Shown: in pieces, positions 9,007-17,562 of the stretch
How the letters are laid out: each line of letters begins with the position of its first letter
Position numbering within the stretch: position 1 is the first letter of the stretch
Virus record (IMG/VR): IMGVR_UViG_3300005405_000060
Span: 1 to 36,916 of that record
DNA length: 36,916 nt
From: a virus
Taxonomy: Duplodnaviria > Caudoviricetes
Reading direction: 5' to 3' (one strand)
The notes under the pieces: model-generated
Told to the model about the DNA's origin: nothing
Database searches by the model: none
What the model saw: only the letters and a program-made list of their open reading frames with translations
Translations under genes and position numbers: made by a program

Positions 9007-10484
9007 TGGCGGAAAAGAAAAAGACGTTCAGTATCTCAGAGTATATGACGCCGGAAGATGTGTCCAATTCGGACACGCAGGCGCCGACGATTGAACTCAT
9101 CGACATTGATGCCATCGAGAGCAACGAAGCGAATTTCTATGAGCTATCGAACCTTAAGCCTCTCGCAGACTCAATTCTGATGGACGGTCTGCAGCAGCCT
9201 CTTGTCGTGATTACCTCGCCGGACGACCCCGCGAAGGTCAGGCTGCTGTCCGGGCACCGGCGCCGTGCCGCAATTCAGATGCTTGTTGACGACGCGGAAA
9301 ACCCTCATCCTGAGCTTAGACTTATTCCTTGCATCCGAAAATCGTATACCAGCACTGCAATGGCAGAGCTGCAGCTGATTCTTGCAAACAGCACCGCTCG
9401 CGAACTAACTTCGGCGGAAAAAATGAAACAGGCCGAAAAGATAGAAGCTCTTTTGTATCAATTGAAAGAGGAAGGTTACTCCTTCCCCGGAAGAATGCGC
9501 GATCAGGTCGCAGCGGCATGCAACGCCTCAACCTCAAAGCTCGCAAGGCTTGCTGTTATCCGTAAAGGTTTAATTCCTAGCTTCATGAAAGCATTCGAAA
9601 AAGGGAGCCTTAATGAGTCTGCAGCTTATGAGATTGCACGCCTCTATCCTGATTATCAAGCAAAGCTTCTTATAGCCGTAAAAAGTCCCGACAGTTTAAT
9701 AGGCTATCAGATTCCAGATTACGAAAAAAGACTTAGTATTTACTTCGGACCCAGGCTTAAATGTGAAAAAGTGCGCGAGCCAAAAACTGGCGGGCCTACG
9801 TATTGCACACATGGCGAAAAAATGTGGGAAGTATCAAGATCCAAGAGCCTCTATAACATGTGTTCCGGATGCTGCGCAAATTGCTGTAGTAAGCAGTCGT
9901 GTAAAAACGTATGCCCGGTTATCGTACCCGATATGGAAAAAACAAAAGCTGAGCGAGAAGAACGTGAACACGAAGACAAAGCTAGGATAACACAGCAGAA
10001 AACTGAAGCTGAAAATTATGTGAATTTATTTTGGTCCCGGGCAAAAGCTGCGCGTGAAGCGTCAGGACTTTCGGCAGAGGACGCCTTTATTAAAATTAAC
10101 AGCGCATGCAGAGCCCATAATTGCTGGTGGTACTTGGACGACGATAAGGAGTTAATTGAACAAGAAAACGGAGCACCGGCAGATCCCGAAGACGATGATT
10201 ATTGTCGAGATGATGATTCGCCTAATGATTTCGATGTTGTTCTCGCCTTCGCCGATACATACGGCTGCAGTATTGATTATCTTGTGGGCCGTGCTGATGA
10301 TACCGCGATGGGCGTTGCAAAATTGACGTGGAGTTCTATTGGTTATGACCCTCCGGCAGAAGGGCAAGACATAATTATCCTTTACTCCTCCGGTGAGCTT
10401 GCCCCGGTACAATATGATTCAAAAAAATTCGACGGAAATGTAGTAGGTTGGATCCCATTCCCGGAGGTTCCCAATGGCGTTTAA
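9006..10484 (+). CDS. parB: ParB-family protein with Cys-rich region and C-terminal XRE-like HTH
   Basis: LADSI..DGLQQPL, LLSGHRR arginine patch, CSGCCANC...C..VC cluster, FADTYGCSIDYLVG; coupled to parA. Confidence 0.9.
   Translation: MAEKKKTFSISEYMTPEDVSNSDTQAPTIELIDIDAIESNEANFYELSNLKPLADSILMDGLQQPLVVITSPDDPAKVRLLSGHRRRAAIQMLVDDAENPHPELRLIPCIRKSYTSTAMAELQLILANSTARELTSAEKMKQAEKIEALLYQLKEEGYSFPGRMRDQVAAACNASTSKLARLAVIRKGLIPSFMKAFEKGSLNESAAYEIARLYPDYQAKLLIAVKSPDSLIGYQIPDYEKRLSIYFGPRLKCEKVREPKTGGPTYCTHGEKMWEVSRSKSLYNMCSGCCANCCSKQSCKNVCPVIVPDMEKTKAEREEREHEDKARITQQKTEAENYVNLFWSRAKAAREASGLSAEDAFIKINSACRAHNCWWYLDDDKELIEQENGAPADPEDDDYCRDDDSPNDFDVVLAFADTYGCSIDYLVGRADDTAMGVAKLTWSSIGYDPPAEGQDIIILYSSGELAPVQYDSKKFDGNVVGWIPFPEVPNGV
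9060..9076. promoter_or_regulatory. 17-bp palindrome, copy 3 (inside parB)
   Basis: GTGTCCAATTCGGACAC, one mismatch. Confidence 0.65.
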
Positions 10485-10689
10485 CCGAAGCAATAGCCCA
10501 TATGACTGTCCGACAGACTGTCCCGATTGGAGTCCGATATGCCACACAAGCGAGTCAAGCTGCAATACTTACGCCGCAGCTCGCGCTCGCGCAGCAGCTG
10601 ACAAAACCGCAGCACGTCTGCGCAGAGCCTCGGACAATGCGTCAACAGTTCTGATTGAGAGCCGCCAGCGCCAAAAGCGAAGATTGTAA
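10474..10689 (+). CDS. Small Cys-containing hypothetical protein
   Basis: SD ggaggt; CPTDCPD...CH...C..Y. Confidence 0.65.
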   Translation: MAFNRSNSPYDCPTDCPDWSPICHTSESSCNTYAAARARAAADKTAARLRRASDNASTVLIESRQRQKRRL

Positions 10690-10713
10690 TACTTAACCGA
10701 AACGGGTGATGAT

Positions 10714-11367
10714 ATGCGCGCAGCGCTCACTGCTGAAGAAAAACTGGAAACATTAACTGAGTGCCGCAAATGCGACTTTCTCGGCGAAAGCGGCTGCCAG
10801 TATGAAAACCTTATGGGACGGCCTCTCCCGTGTAAGTCCGGTCGCGCTTGTCACTTTAACCCACGGCAGCCTGCCCGGGACAGAAACGGTGATCCAATTG
10901 AAATTATTAAAAAGGAGATAAAAATAATGCCGGCAAGAATCGAAATAGATGAAACAAAAGCGCTTGACCTTTATAACCAGGGCAAAGGCGACTCGAATAT
11001 AGCTGCTTCCCTTGGCGTCAGTTACTCAACTATTGTGCGCTGGCGGGCCGCTCACTGTCTGCCAAGCCATAGCGGTAAGGTCCCTGCGGCGCGGCAGAGC
11101 AAAAATAGCGTGTCAAAAAAACCAATAGAAGCCATTCCAAAGCAATCTGCAGCAGCTGCTCCCCTTGATAATATCCCGGACTTGTCACCTGCCTGTCCGT
11201 CCGCTTCTCCGCAGGGCCTAATGGAAACTCTTACAAAGCTGTTTCAGGACCATCCCTGCGCAGATGTTTGTATTGATGGGCTTCCTATAAAGTCAATAAC
11301 GGTGCTTTCGGAATATGACCTTCTCGGAAACCAGAGGGCGCCTCACATAAACCTTCTGTCGGAATGA
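10714..11367 (+). CDS. Hypothetical protein with central HTH
   Basis: LYNQGKGDSNIAASLGVSYSTIVRWR. Confidence 0.65.
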   Translation: MRAALTAEEKLETLTECRKCDFLGESGCQYENLMGRPLPCKSGRACHFNPRQPARDRNGDPIEIIKKEIKIMPARIEIDETKALDLYNQGKGDSNIAASLGVSYSTIVRWRAAHCLPSHSGKVPAARQSKNSVSKKPIEAIPKQSAAAAPLDNIPDLSPACPSASPQGLMETLTKLFQDHPCADVCIDGLPIKSITVLSEYDLLGNQRAPHINLLSE

Positions 11368-11377
11368 GGCCTGCAGA

Positions 11378-11932
11378 ATGAAAGCTATTACATTGTGGCA
11401 GCCGTGGGCCTCGCTCATCGCCTGCGGCGCGAAAAAGTACGAAACCCGCAGTTGGTCGACGTCATATCGCGGCCCGATAGCGATTCACGCAGCGGCGGTG
11501 ACGCCCAGCACAACGCTGAGACATATCTTTCCGCTTGGAGCGTGGAGCTATCATCCCGATTATTCGGCAAAATGCGCATTTATGAAAGATGTGTATCAAG
11601 CAATCTTTCCTGAGAAAGTTGCCCAAGGAGAGGGCTTTGAATATCTGGATAAAATGGACAGCCTGCCGCGCGGCGCAATTATAGCGACTGCGGAACTCGT
11701 AGAGTGTTGGGAAATACAGCCTTCAAACGGCAGAGGGGTAAATTACAAAGATGTTTTTATTCACAAGAGGGATCTTCAAGGACTGGACGGCTTCACATGG
11801 ATTGAAGGCAATGAACGTCTTTTCGGTGACTGGACACCAGGGCGCTATGCGTGGGAGTTGCAAAACGTGGTAATGCTCCCGGAGCCAATCCCAGCGAAGG
11901 GTGCCCAGGGCCTTTGGAACTGGGAGGGCTAA
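11378..11932 (+). CDS. ASCH-domain protein
   Basis: KAITLWQPWASLIACGAKKYETRSW...YRGPIAIHA; KGAQGLW. Confidence 0.92.
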   Translation: MKAITLWQPWASLIACGAKKYETRSWSTSYRGPIAIHAAAVTPSTTLRHIFPLGAWSYHPDYSAKCAFMKDVYQAIFPEKVAQGEGFEYLDKMDSLPRGAIIATAELVECWEIQPSNGRGVNYKDVFIHKRDLQGLDGFTWIEGNERLFGDWTPGRYAWELQNVVMLPEPIPAKGAQGLWNWEG

Positions 11933-11934
11933 CG

Positions 11935-12150
11935 ATGAAACTGCTATCTTTTTTGGCAGATCCTGCGCTCCGGCGCGAAAACGCCGTGCTACGGGAAAAA
12001 ATAGGCCTGCTGAACGATTTCGACCAAACACAGAGCAAACGGCTTCTTGTGAGAATCGGAGAGCTTGAAGCCGAACGGACTGAGCTCCGAGCTGAGCGCG
12101 ACGCGCTGCGGAAGTCGGTAGGCCGCGCCCCGGCGAGATTGTTTTATTGA
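11935..12150 (+). CDS. Small coiled-coil hypothetical protein
   Basis: SD ggagg; operon-packed. Confidence 0.55.
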   Translation: MKLLSFLADPALRRENAVLREKIGLLNDFDQTQSKRLLVRIGELEAERTELRAERDALRKSVGRAPARLFY

Positions 12151-12163
12151 GGAGATGCGAGGA

Positions 12164-12697
12164 ATGAGTAAGGCGATAGTTGACGTGTGTTGCGGCAGTA
12201 AAATGTTTTGGTTTGACAAGAATAATCCAAATGTTGAATTCTGCGACAACCGAACCGTCCCGTATCACGAGTATTATCCTGACCGCTTTATAGAAGTTTC
12301 ACCTGATACGGTATGTGACTTTACCGCACTCCCATTTGATAGCGAAAGCTTTTATTTGGTTGTTTTTGACCCGCCACACCTTCCGGATGCCGGTGACACT
12401 TCGATTATGGCACTTAAATATGGATGCCTTAAGGGTGATTGGAAAACAATGTTGTCAAAGGGATTCAACGAATGTATGCGGGTACTGAAACCGAATGGAA
12501 CGCTCATTTTTAAATGGAGTGAGATACGAATTCCGTTGTCAGAGATTCTTCCGTTATTCAGCCAAGATCCATTATTCGGAAACCGTTGTCGCAAGAGCGG
12601 AAATAAAACTCATTGGTTATGTTTTATGAAAATGCCATCAGGCGAAGCAAATCTCACAGCGGATTATCGGGATGACGCTTATTGTAAGCATCAATGA
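12164..12697 (+). CDS. SAM-dependent (probably DNA amino-) methyltransferase
   Basis: DVCCGSKMFWF motif I, VVFDPPH motif IV, RVLKPNGTLIFKW. Confidence 0.85.
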   Translation: MSKAIVDVCCGSKMFWFDKNNPNVEFCDNRTVPYHEYYPDRFIEVSPDTVCDFTALPFDSESFYLVVFDPPHLPDAGDTSIMALKYGCLKGDWKTMLSKGFNECMRVLKPNGTLIFKWSEIRIPLSEILPLFSQDPLFGNRCRKSGNKTHWLCFMKMPSGEANLTADYRDDAYCKHQ

Positions 12698-12833
12698 GTA
12701 TCTCGTCTATAAATGCGGTAGCTTCTTCCTGAGTCCAGCGGAATGCAATTACATTACCTGACTTAAGAATATCCCACAAATCACCATTACGGCATATGAG
12801 GAAACCTTTGTATTCGATGATGTCGTATTCCAT
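12654..12833 (-). CDS. Small antisense-oriented hypothetical protein (59 aa, not in ORF track)
   Basis: SD gaggtga, MEYDIIEYKGFLICRNG...NPL*; TGtTATAAT upstream at 12870-12878 (minus). Confidence 0.6.
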   Translation of the reverse strand: MEYDIIEYKGFLICRNGDLWDILKSGNVIAFRWTQEEATAFIDEILIDAYNKRHPDNPL

Positions 12834-12894
12834 AAAATCACCTCGGTAAGAGTGTAAACGAAATTAGAGATTATAACAACAAAAGGCTGGTAAT

Positions 12895-12911
12895 GTGTCC
12901 AAAAAGGACAC
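12895..12911. promoter_or_regulatory. 17-bp palindrome, copy 4 (degenerate centre)
   Basis: GTGTCCAAAAAGGACAC between divergent genes. Confidence 0.6.
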
Positions 12912-12978
12912 ACGGAAAATTGAAAAAGGGATGCGGGGCCGCGTGCCCCGCGTTCCTGCGTTTATGGAGGGATAGTAT

Positions 12979-13785
12979 TTGGCGAAAACAAAAAGACGAA
13001 CAATAATAACTGCTGGAAGACTCGTTTATGGTGTAGTTTATACGGCAGCCTTTCCTCGGGATGAGGGGCAGCAACGGGCTGCAAAACTCAAAGCCTCAAG
13101 CGCTGCGCGCCAGCGCTTAAATCTTAAGCACTCGTGGCAGAAGCTTGAAGTCGTGCTAGCGGCCAACTTTAGCTTTTCGGATTTGTTTCTGACACTAACA
13201 TATGACGATGAGCATCATCCGCCGTCGACAAGGGAATCCTCGAAGATTATAAAAAAGTTCTTGACGCAGCTTCGGGCTGAGCGCCGGAAGCATGACGACG
13301 ACTTGAAATATATCTATGTGACCGAGTCAAAGCATGGCGACGGCCGAATCCATCATCACGTTGTAATTAACGGTACCGGCGCCGATTATGAATTGATTCG
13401 TGCGCTTTGGGTATATGGTTCGGGTATTGACATTCAGCCGATAAATTCCTACGGATATGAGGAGCTTGCGCGGTATGTTACCAAGGAAGCGCGGGAAACG
13501 GGGTCGCCAAACGGAGCTCGAACGTGGGTTCCTTCAAAAGGCCTCATACATCCAAAGGCAGAAAGTGACTGGGTCGATGACAATCTTACGCTTGTAGCTC
13601 CGCCCGGCGCGATCATACTTGAAGCGGAGGCACCGACTATAAATTCATTCGGCAGTTACACTTATATTAAGTATCTGCTGCCGGAGGTTCGAAAACGGGT
13701 GACTAGGCCTCCCGCGAAGTCAAAAAAGAAAAAGGACGCTTTCTTTTCAGACTTGGAGCATACTATATCTTTTGAAAAAGGCTAG
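12979..13785 (+). CDS. HUH-endonuclease / rolling-circle replication-type protein
   Basis: Motif I FLTLTY, motif II IHHHVVI, motif III LARYVTKE; SD ggagg. Confidence 0.85.
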   Translation: MAKTKRRTIITAGRLVYGVVYTAAFPRDEGQQRAAKLKASSAARQRLNLKHSWQKLEVVLAANFSFSDLFLTLTYDDEHHPPSTRESSKIIKKFLTQLRAERRKHDDDLKYIYVTESKHGDGRIHHHVVINGTGADYELIRALWVYGSGIDIQPINSYGYEELARYVTKEARETGSPNGARTWVPSKGLIHPKAESDWVDDNLTLVAPPGAIILEAEAPTINSFGSYTYIKYLLPEVRKRVTRPPAKSKKKKDAFFSDLEHTISFEKG

Positions 13786-13813
13786 AGAAATCAACGAAAG
13801 GCGGTGAAAGGAC

Positions 13814-14029
13814 TTGCAAGTTGAAACAAAAAGTGCTAAAGTATACGTAAGGGACGGATTTATCGTCTGCCCTGTATGCCAGGCAAAGCTAAGGCGACTG
13901 CTACCGACCACGTCAGGACGGGATCTCGTCGAGTATTGCCACAAGTGCAAGATTGAATTTATCGTGAATATCGAAGCGAGCCCGAGCCTTACGGCCAGTG
14001 CCGCTGCTGTTGAGTCCATCGAGACCTAA
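13814..14029 (+). CDS. Cys-rich zinc-ribbon protein (cysteine-rich KTR-like)
   Basis: CPVC...YCHKCK.E..VNI. Confidence 0.7.
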   Translation: MQVETKSAKVYVRDGFIVCPVCQAKLRRLLPTTSGRDLVEYCHKCKIEFIVNIEASPSLTASAAAVESIET

Positions 14030-14070
14030 GCAAATCCGAGTTGTCGGATGCTTAGGTCTTTTTTGTTTTA
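14022..14070 (+). terminator. Strong intrinsic terminator at the early/late boundary
   Basis: agacctaagca..tccga/tcgga.tgcttaggtct followed by a T run. Confidence 0.85.
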
Positions 14071-14086
14071 TCTGGAGGTGAGTGAC

Positions 14087-14557
14087 TTGCAACTGCGATT
14101 GTGCAGCCGATGCGGCCGCTCAACACCAAACCGTCCAGCGGTGTGCGATCAGTGCCTCACAAAGCAGCCCGAGCGTAAGCGAGAGGCGAATCGTTATTAC
14201 GATACCAAGCATCGCGATAAGAGAGCGGATGAGTTCTATCACGGTAAGGAGTGGAAGATCTCACGATTAGCGTACCTGCTAAGCATCGATTATCTCTGCG
14301 AAGACTGTGTTGAGGAGTTCAAGCGCGGTGAGCGCCGCGAAGAAGACATTCAGCTGGCTACTGACGTTCACCACAAAGAACCGATAGAAACTAACTGGGA
14401 ACGCCGGCTTGATCAGACGAACTACCGAGGCCTTTGCGATTGTCACCACAAGCGCCGACGCGTCAGGATAATGACCCGGGGGGGTACCGAAGATTCTACG
14501 GGATCTTCGGCGTCAACACCGCAGCAGCTACACAGCACAGCAAAAACTCCCCAATGA
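14087..14557 (+). CDS. HNH endonuclease (terminase-associated)
   Basis: FYHGKEWK, LCEDC, ATDVHH..P, N..GLC..HH; TTG 14087 after ggaggtga. Confidence 0.88.
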   Translation: MQLRLCSRCGRSTPNRPAVCDQCLTKQPERKREANRYYDTKHRDKRADEFYHGKEWKISRLAYLLSIDYLCEDCVEEFKRGERREEDIQLATDVHHKEPIETNWERRLDQTNYRGLCDCHHKRRRVRIMTRGGTEDSTGSSASTPQQLHSTAKTPQ

Positions 14558-14727
14558 GGGGAAACGCAGGAGAGGGCAAGGCTGAGGCGAAAGTACGGCC
14601 GGAAATGGCAATTCTCTTTTTCATCCGTCGGGCGCGTTATGCGTTTAATTCAAACAGGCGCGTTGGTTTGATTCGGGCACGCCTGACGCGCGAGGCAAAA
14701 ATACCGCAAAAATAAACGTTATTTTTC

Positions 14728-15075
14728 GGCCGACAATGGCCATAGATTGCCGATTGGCTGACGTGCGCAAAGTCGCTACACCCAAGGATTTAGGCACCGT
14801 TAGGTTTGGGTTGAAGGTGAACGGCCAGAGAGGTCATAACTCTTGAACTGACGACGGCCCGGAGAGACGGGCACATGCTGCTAAGGGCGGCAGGGCTCTG
14901 CGGTCTCCTCTCAGAGCTTTGCCAGGGAAGGATCGCGGCCGGCGGAGGAAAAGTTACGACGGCCCGGAACATTGAAAAAATGACCGGAAAAGTGCAATCC
15001 GCGGGAGGAGCTGCGTTGGGGCCGCAGCTCTAGGGACAGCAGCAATTTAGCCTGGCGCCGGCGCCATAGTCGGCC
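14728..15075 (+). ncRNA. Candidate structured non-coding RNA upstream of terS
   Basis: Ends pair 12/13; several nested hairpins; no convincing ORF. Confidence 0.5.
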
Positions 15076-15096
15076 CGATAACGGAAAGGAGGCAGC

Positions 15097-15648
15097 GTGA
15101 TGCCGACACAGAAAGAGCCTATTGATCTGACGCTCTATAAGGGGCGAAAGCATCTGACAAAGGAAGAAGTAGCGGAACGACGCGCGACGGAGATCCACGC
15201 GCCTTCCGACAACATCGAGCCTCCAAAATTTCTTAACGCAAAGCAGAAGGCAGAATTCGAACGCCTGGCAGATGAGCTCAAGCCTCTCGATATCGTGTCC
15301 AATTTGGACACAGGAGAGCTCGCCCGGTATTGCGTGGCCCTCTCGCTTTATGAACGCTACACAAAACGTCTGCACCAAGCGCCAAAAAAGAAGGCCGCGC
15401 GCCTTCGTCGGGAGGCAAAAGAAGCCGGGACTCCGATTTCCGATGATATGACCGACGACGAACTGGCGCTTGACCTGGAAACAGATCTCGCCAAGCTCCA
15501 GGACAAATATTTCCAGCAGTGCGAGACTACCGCCCGCGCTCTGGGACTCAGTGTAACAAGCCGCTGCCGGCTGGTTATCCCAAAGGCGCCGCCGGACACA
15601 AGAACTAACCGCTTCGGGAAGTTTGAGAGAGGTGCGCAGACGGGATGA
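15097..15648 (+). CDS. terS: Terminase small subunit (P27-like)
   Basis: KHLTKEE...PPKFL...LARYC...LGLSVTSRCRL; upstream of terL. Confidence 0.9.
   Translation: MMPTQKEPIDLTLYKGRKHLTKEEVAERRATEIHAPSDNIEPPKFLNAKQKAEFERLADELKPLDIVSNLDTGELARYCVALSLYERYTKRLHQAPKKKAARLRREAKEAGTPISDDMTDDELALDLETDLAKLQDKYFQQCETTARALGLSVTSRCRLVIPKAPPDTRTNRFGKFERGAQTG
15295..15311. promoter_or_regulatory. 17-bp palindrome, copy 5 (in terS)
   Basis: GTGTCCAATTTGGACAC. Confidence 0.7.
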
Positions 15649-17393
15649 GCGCCAAGGTCGTAAAAGAACCAGACAGAGCGACGGCCTACGCGGAAAAAGT
15701 CGCTTCTGGCGATGTTATCGCGGGTCTTCCCCATATCCAGGCGTGTCAGCGGCATTTAAAGGATCTTTCACGCCAGGGCACAAAGGACTTTCCTTTCGTA
15801 TGGAAGCCTGAGCGCGGCGAGGACATTCTGAACTTCGCGGAAACGCTGACCATTGTCGAGGGCCGCGAGCCCAAGCCCGTGAAGCTTTACGACTGCCAGT
15901 GTTTTGATTTGGGCGTGCCAATGGGCTGGGTAAGTCCGGACGGAAACAGGCGTTTTCGGCGCAAATACAAGTCCGTCGCCAAGCAGAACGGCAAGACCTT
16001 TGAAAACGGCATTATCGGCCCATATCTCGCGGCCTTCGGCGGCTACCGCTTCGGGAAGCTCGTAACGGTCGCGACCTCAAAAAAACAGGCGCGGCTTGCA
16101 TGGGAGGAAATGAGCCGCTTTATCATCGCGGATGAGGATCTGCAGGACTATTTCGACATCAAGGACTACAAGTCTCTCATAACCGCGGTCAATACCGGAT
16201 GTACTATCGAGGCCCTCTCCCAGGAGGCGGGGCTCGAAGAAGGTTTCCGCAGCATCTTTGCTTCAGTCGACGAAATCCACCAGCACAAGACCAATCAGAT
16301 ATACAAGAAAATCTACAACGGACAGCGCTCGCTTGCTGAAGCACTGATTTCGATGATTACGACGCGCGGCGACGAGCTGAACACCTTCTGCTACGAATTC
16401 GACAGCATGTGTCTCGCAGTGCTCGCGGGCGGCCTCTCCGCGGAGGATCTGTTTGCCGATATATATAGCCTGGACGAAAATGACAACATTTTTGATCCAA
16501 GGCACTTTCTAAAAACCAATCCCGTTCTCTGCTCTACCGAGTGGGGTATGGAGACTATGCTCTCCGATGCGAAAACGGCGGAGACGATGGGCGGGGCGGA
16601 TCTCGCGGACTTTATCGTCAAGTGCCAGAACCGCTGGCTTGAAAACAAGAATCTGCAGTTTGCGACCTCGGCAATGCTTACAAAAAGCCGCGTCGAGCGT
16701 GGTATTTCTCTTTACGCGGGGCAGCCGGCCTATGTCGGCATCGACCTCTCCTCAGGCGGCGACCTGACGACCATTTCGCTGGAATTCGAGGAACCGAACG
16801 ACGCGTTCTACACATGGAGCATGAGCTTCATGCCACGCGGCCGTCTCAGCGAGCATATTAAGTCGGACACGGCCCCATATGATCTGTGGGAGCAGGCGGC
16901 GCTCATCCGCGTGACCGGCGGCGAGAGTGATTTCAAAAATGACTACAGTTTTATTATCGAGGAGCTTAAGCGCATCATAACCGAATACAACGTGACGCTT
17001 CTCGGTATCGGATATGACCCGCACAACGCGGACGTCTTTCTGAAAGACCTTGAATGCTTCGGCGTTCCTCTGCTGGAAATTACTCAAAGCGCCCGCTTTT
17101 TAAGCCAGGGCACCGAGGATGTACAGCTGCTGATGGAGAGCGGCAAATACCATTTTGACAAGGCAAATGAGCTTCTGTATTTGAGTTTTCGGAACGCGAA
17201 AATCGTGCGAAACAGCTTCAAAGAAATTAAGGTCGACAAAAACCCGCTGGCCCGGACGAAGCGCATCGACCCTGTGGACGCCTGCATAAACGCGCACATC
17301 GCGAGGATGAAACTGGCGGAGCCTGGACTCGACCTCAACAAAGCTATGGAAGACTATCTCGCGAAAATGGGATGGTCGGAGAAAAAGGAGTGA
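15645..17393 (+). CDS. terL: Terminase large subunit
   Basis: AKQNGKT Walker A, VDEIH Walker B, GIDLSSGGDLT, KRIDPVDA. Confidence 0.96.
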   Translation: MSAKVVKEPDRATAYAEKVASGDVIAGLPHIQACQRHLKDLSRQGTKDFPFVWKPERGEDILNFAETLTIVEGREPKPVKLYDCQCFDLGVPMGWVSPDGNRRFRRKYKSVAKQNGKTFENGIIGPYLAAFGGYRFGKLVTVATSKKQARLAWEEMSRFIIADEDLQDYFDIKDYKSLITAVNTGCTIEALSQEAGLEEGFRSIFASVDEIHQHKTNQIYKKIYNGQRSLAEALISMITTRGDELNTFCYEFDSMCLAVLAGGLSAEDLFADIYSLDENDNIFDPRHFLKTNPVLCSTEWGMETMLSDAKTAETMGGADLADFIVKCQNRWLENKNLQFATSAMLTKSRVERGISLYAGQPAYVGIDLSSGGDLTTISLEFEEPNDAFYTWSMSFMPRGRLSEHIKSDTAPYDLWEQAALIRVTGGESDFKNDYSFIIEELKRIITEYNVTLLGIGYDPHNADVFLKDLECFGVPLLEITQSARFLSQGTEDVQLLMESGKYHFDKANELLYLSFRNAKIVRNSFKEIKVDKNPLARTKRIDPVDACINAHIARMKLAEPGLDLNKAMEDYLAKMGWSEKKE

Positions 17394-17397
17394 CCGT

Positions 17398-17562
17398 GTG
17401 AAAGAAACGATAAAAGGGTACCTGGTCGACGCACTACTTATTGCGGGCTGGGCGATGATCTCTTTCGGAGTCAGTGAAATAAACCTATCTGCAGGGCTTA
17501 TCGTGTCCGGTGCTCTGCTTATCACGGGAGGTGTTCTTTTGGGAAGGGGGATTAAGACTTGA
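17398..17562 (+). CDS. Small two-TM membrane protein between terL and portal
   Basis: 54-aa hydrophobic ORF, SD aaggag, stop overlaps portal start. Confidence 0.6.
   Translation: MKETIKGYLVDALLIAGWAMISFGVSEINLSAGLIVSGALLITGGVLLGRGIKT

Noticed and set aside
14434-14972. ORFs 14434-14715 and 14790-14972
   Set aside because: No RBS or recognisable motifs; region looks like non-coding packaging/RNA sequence
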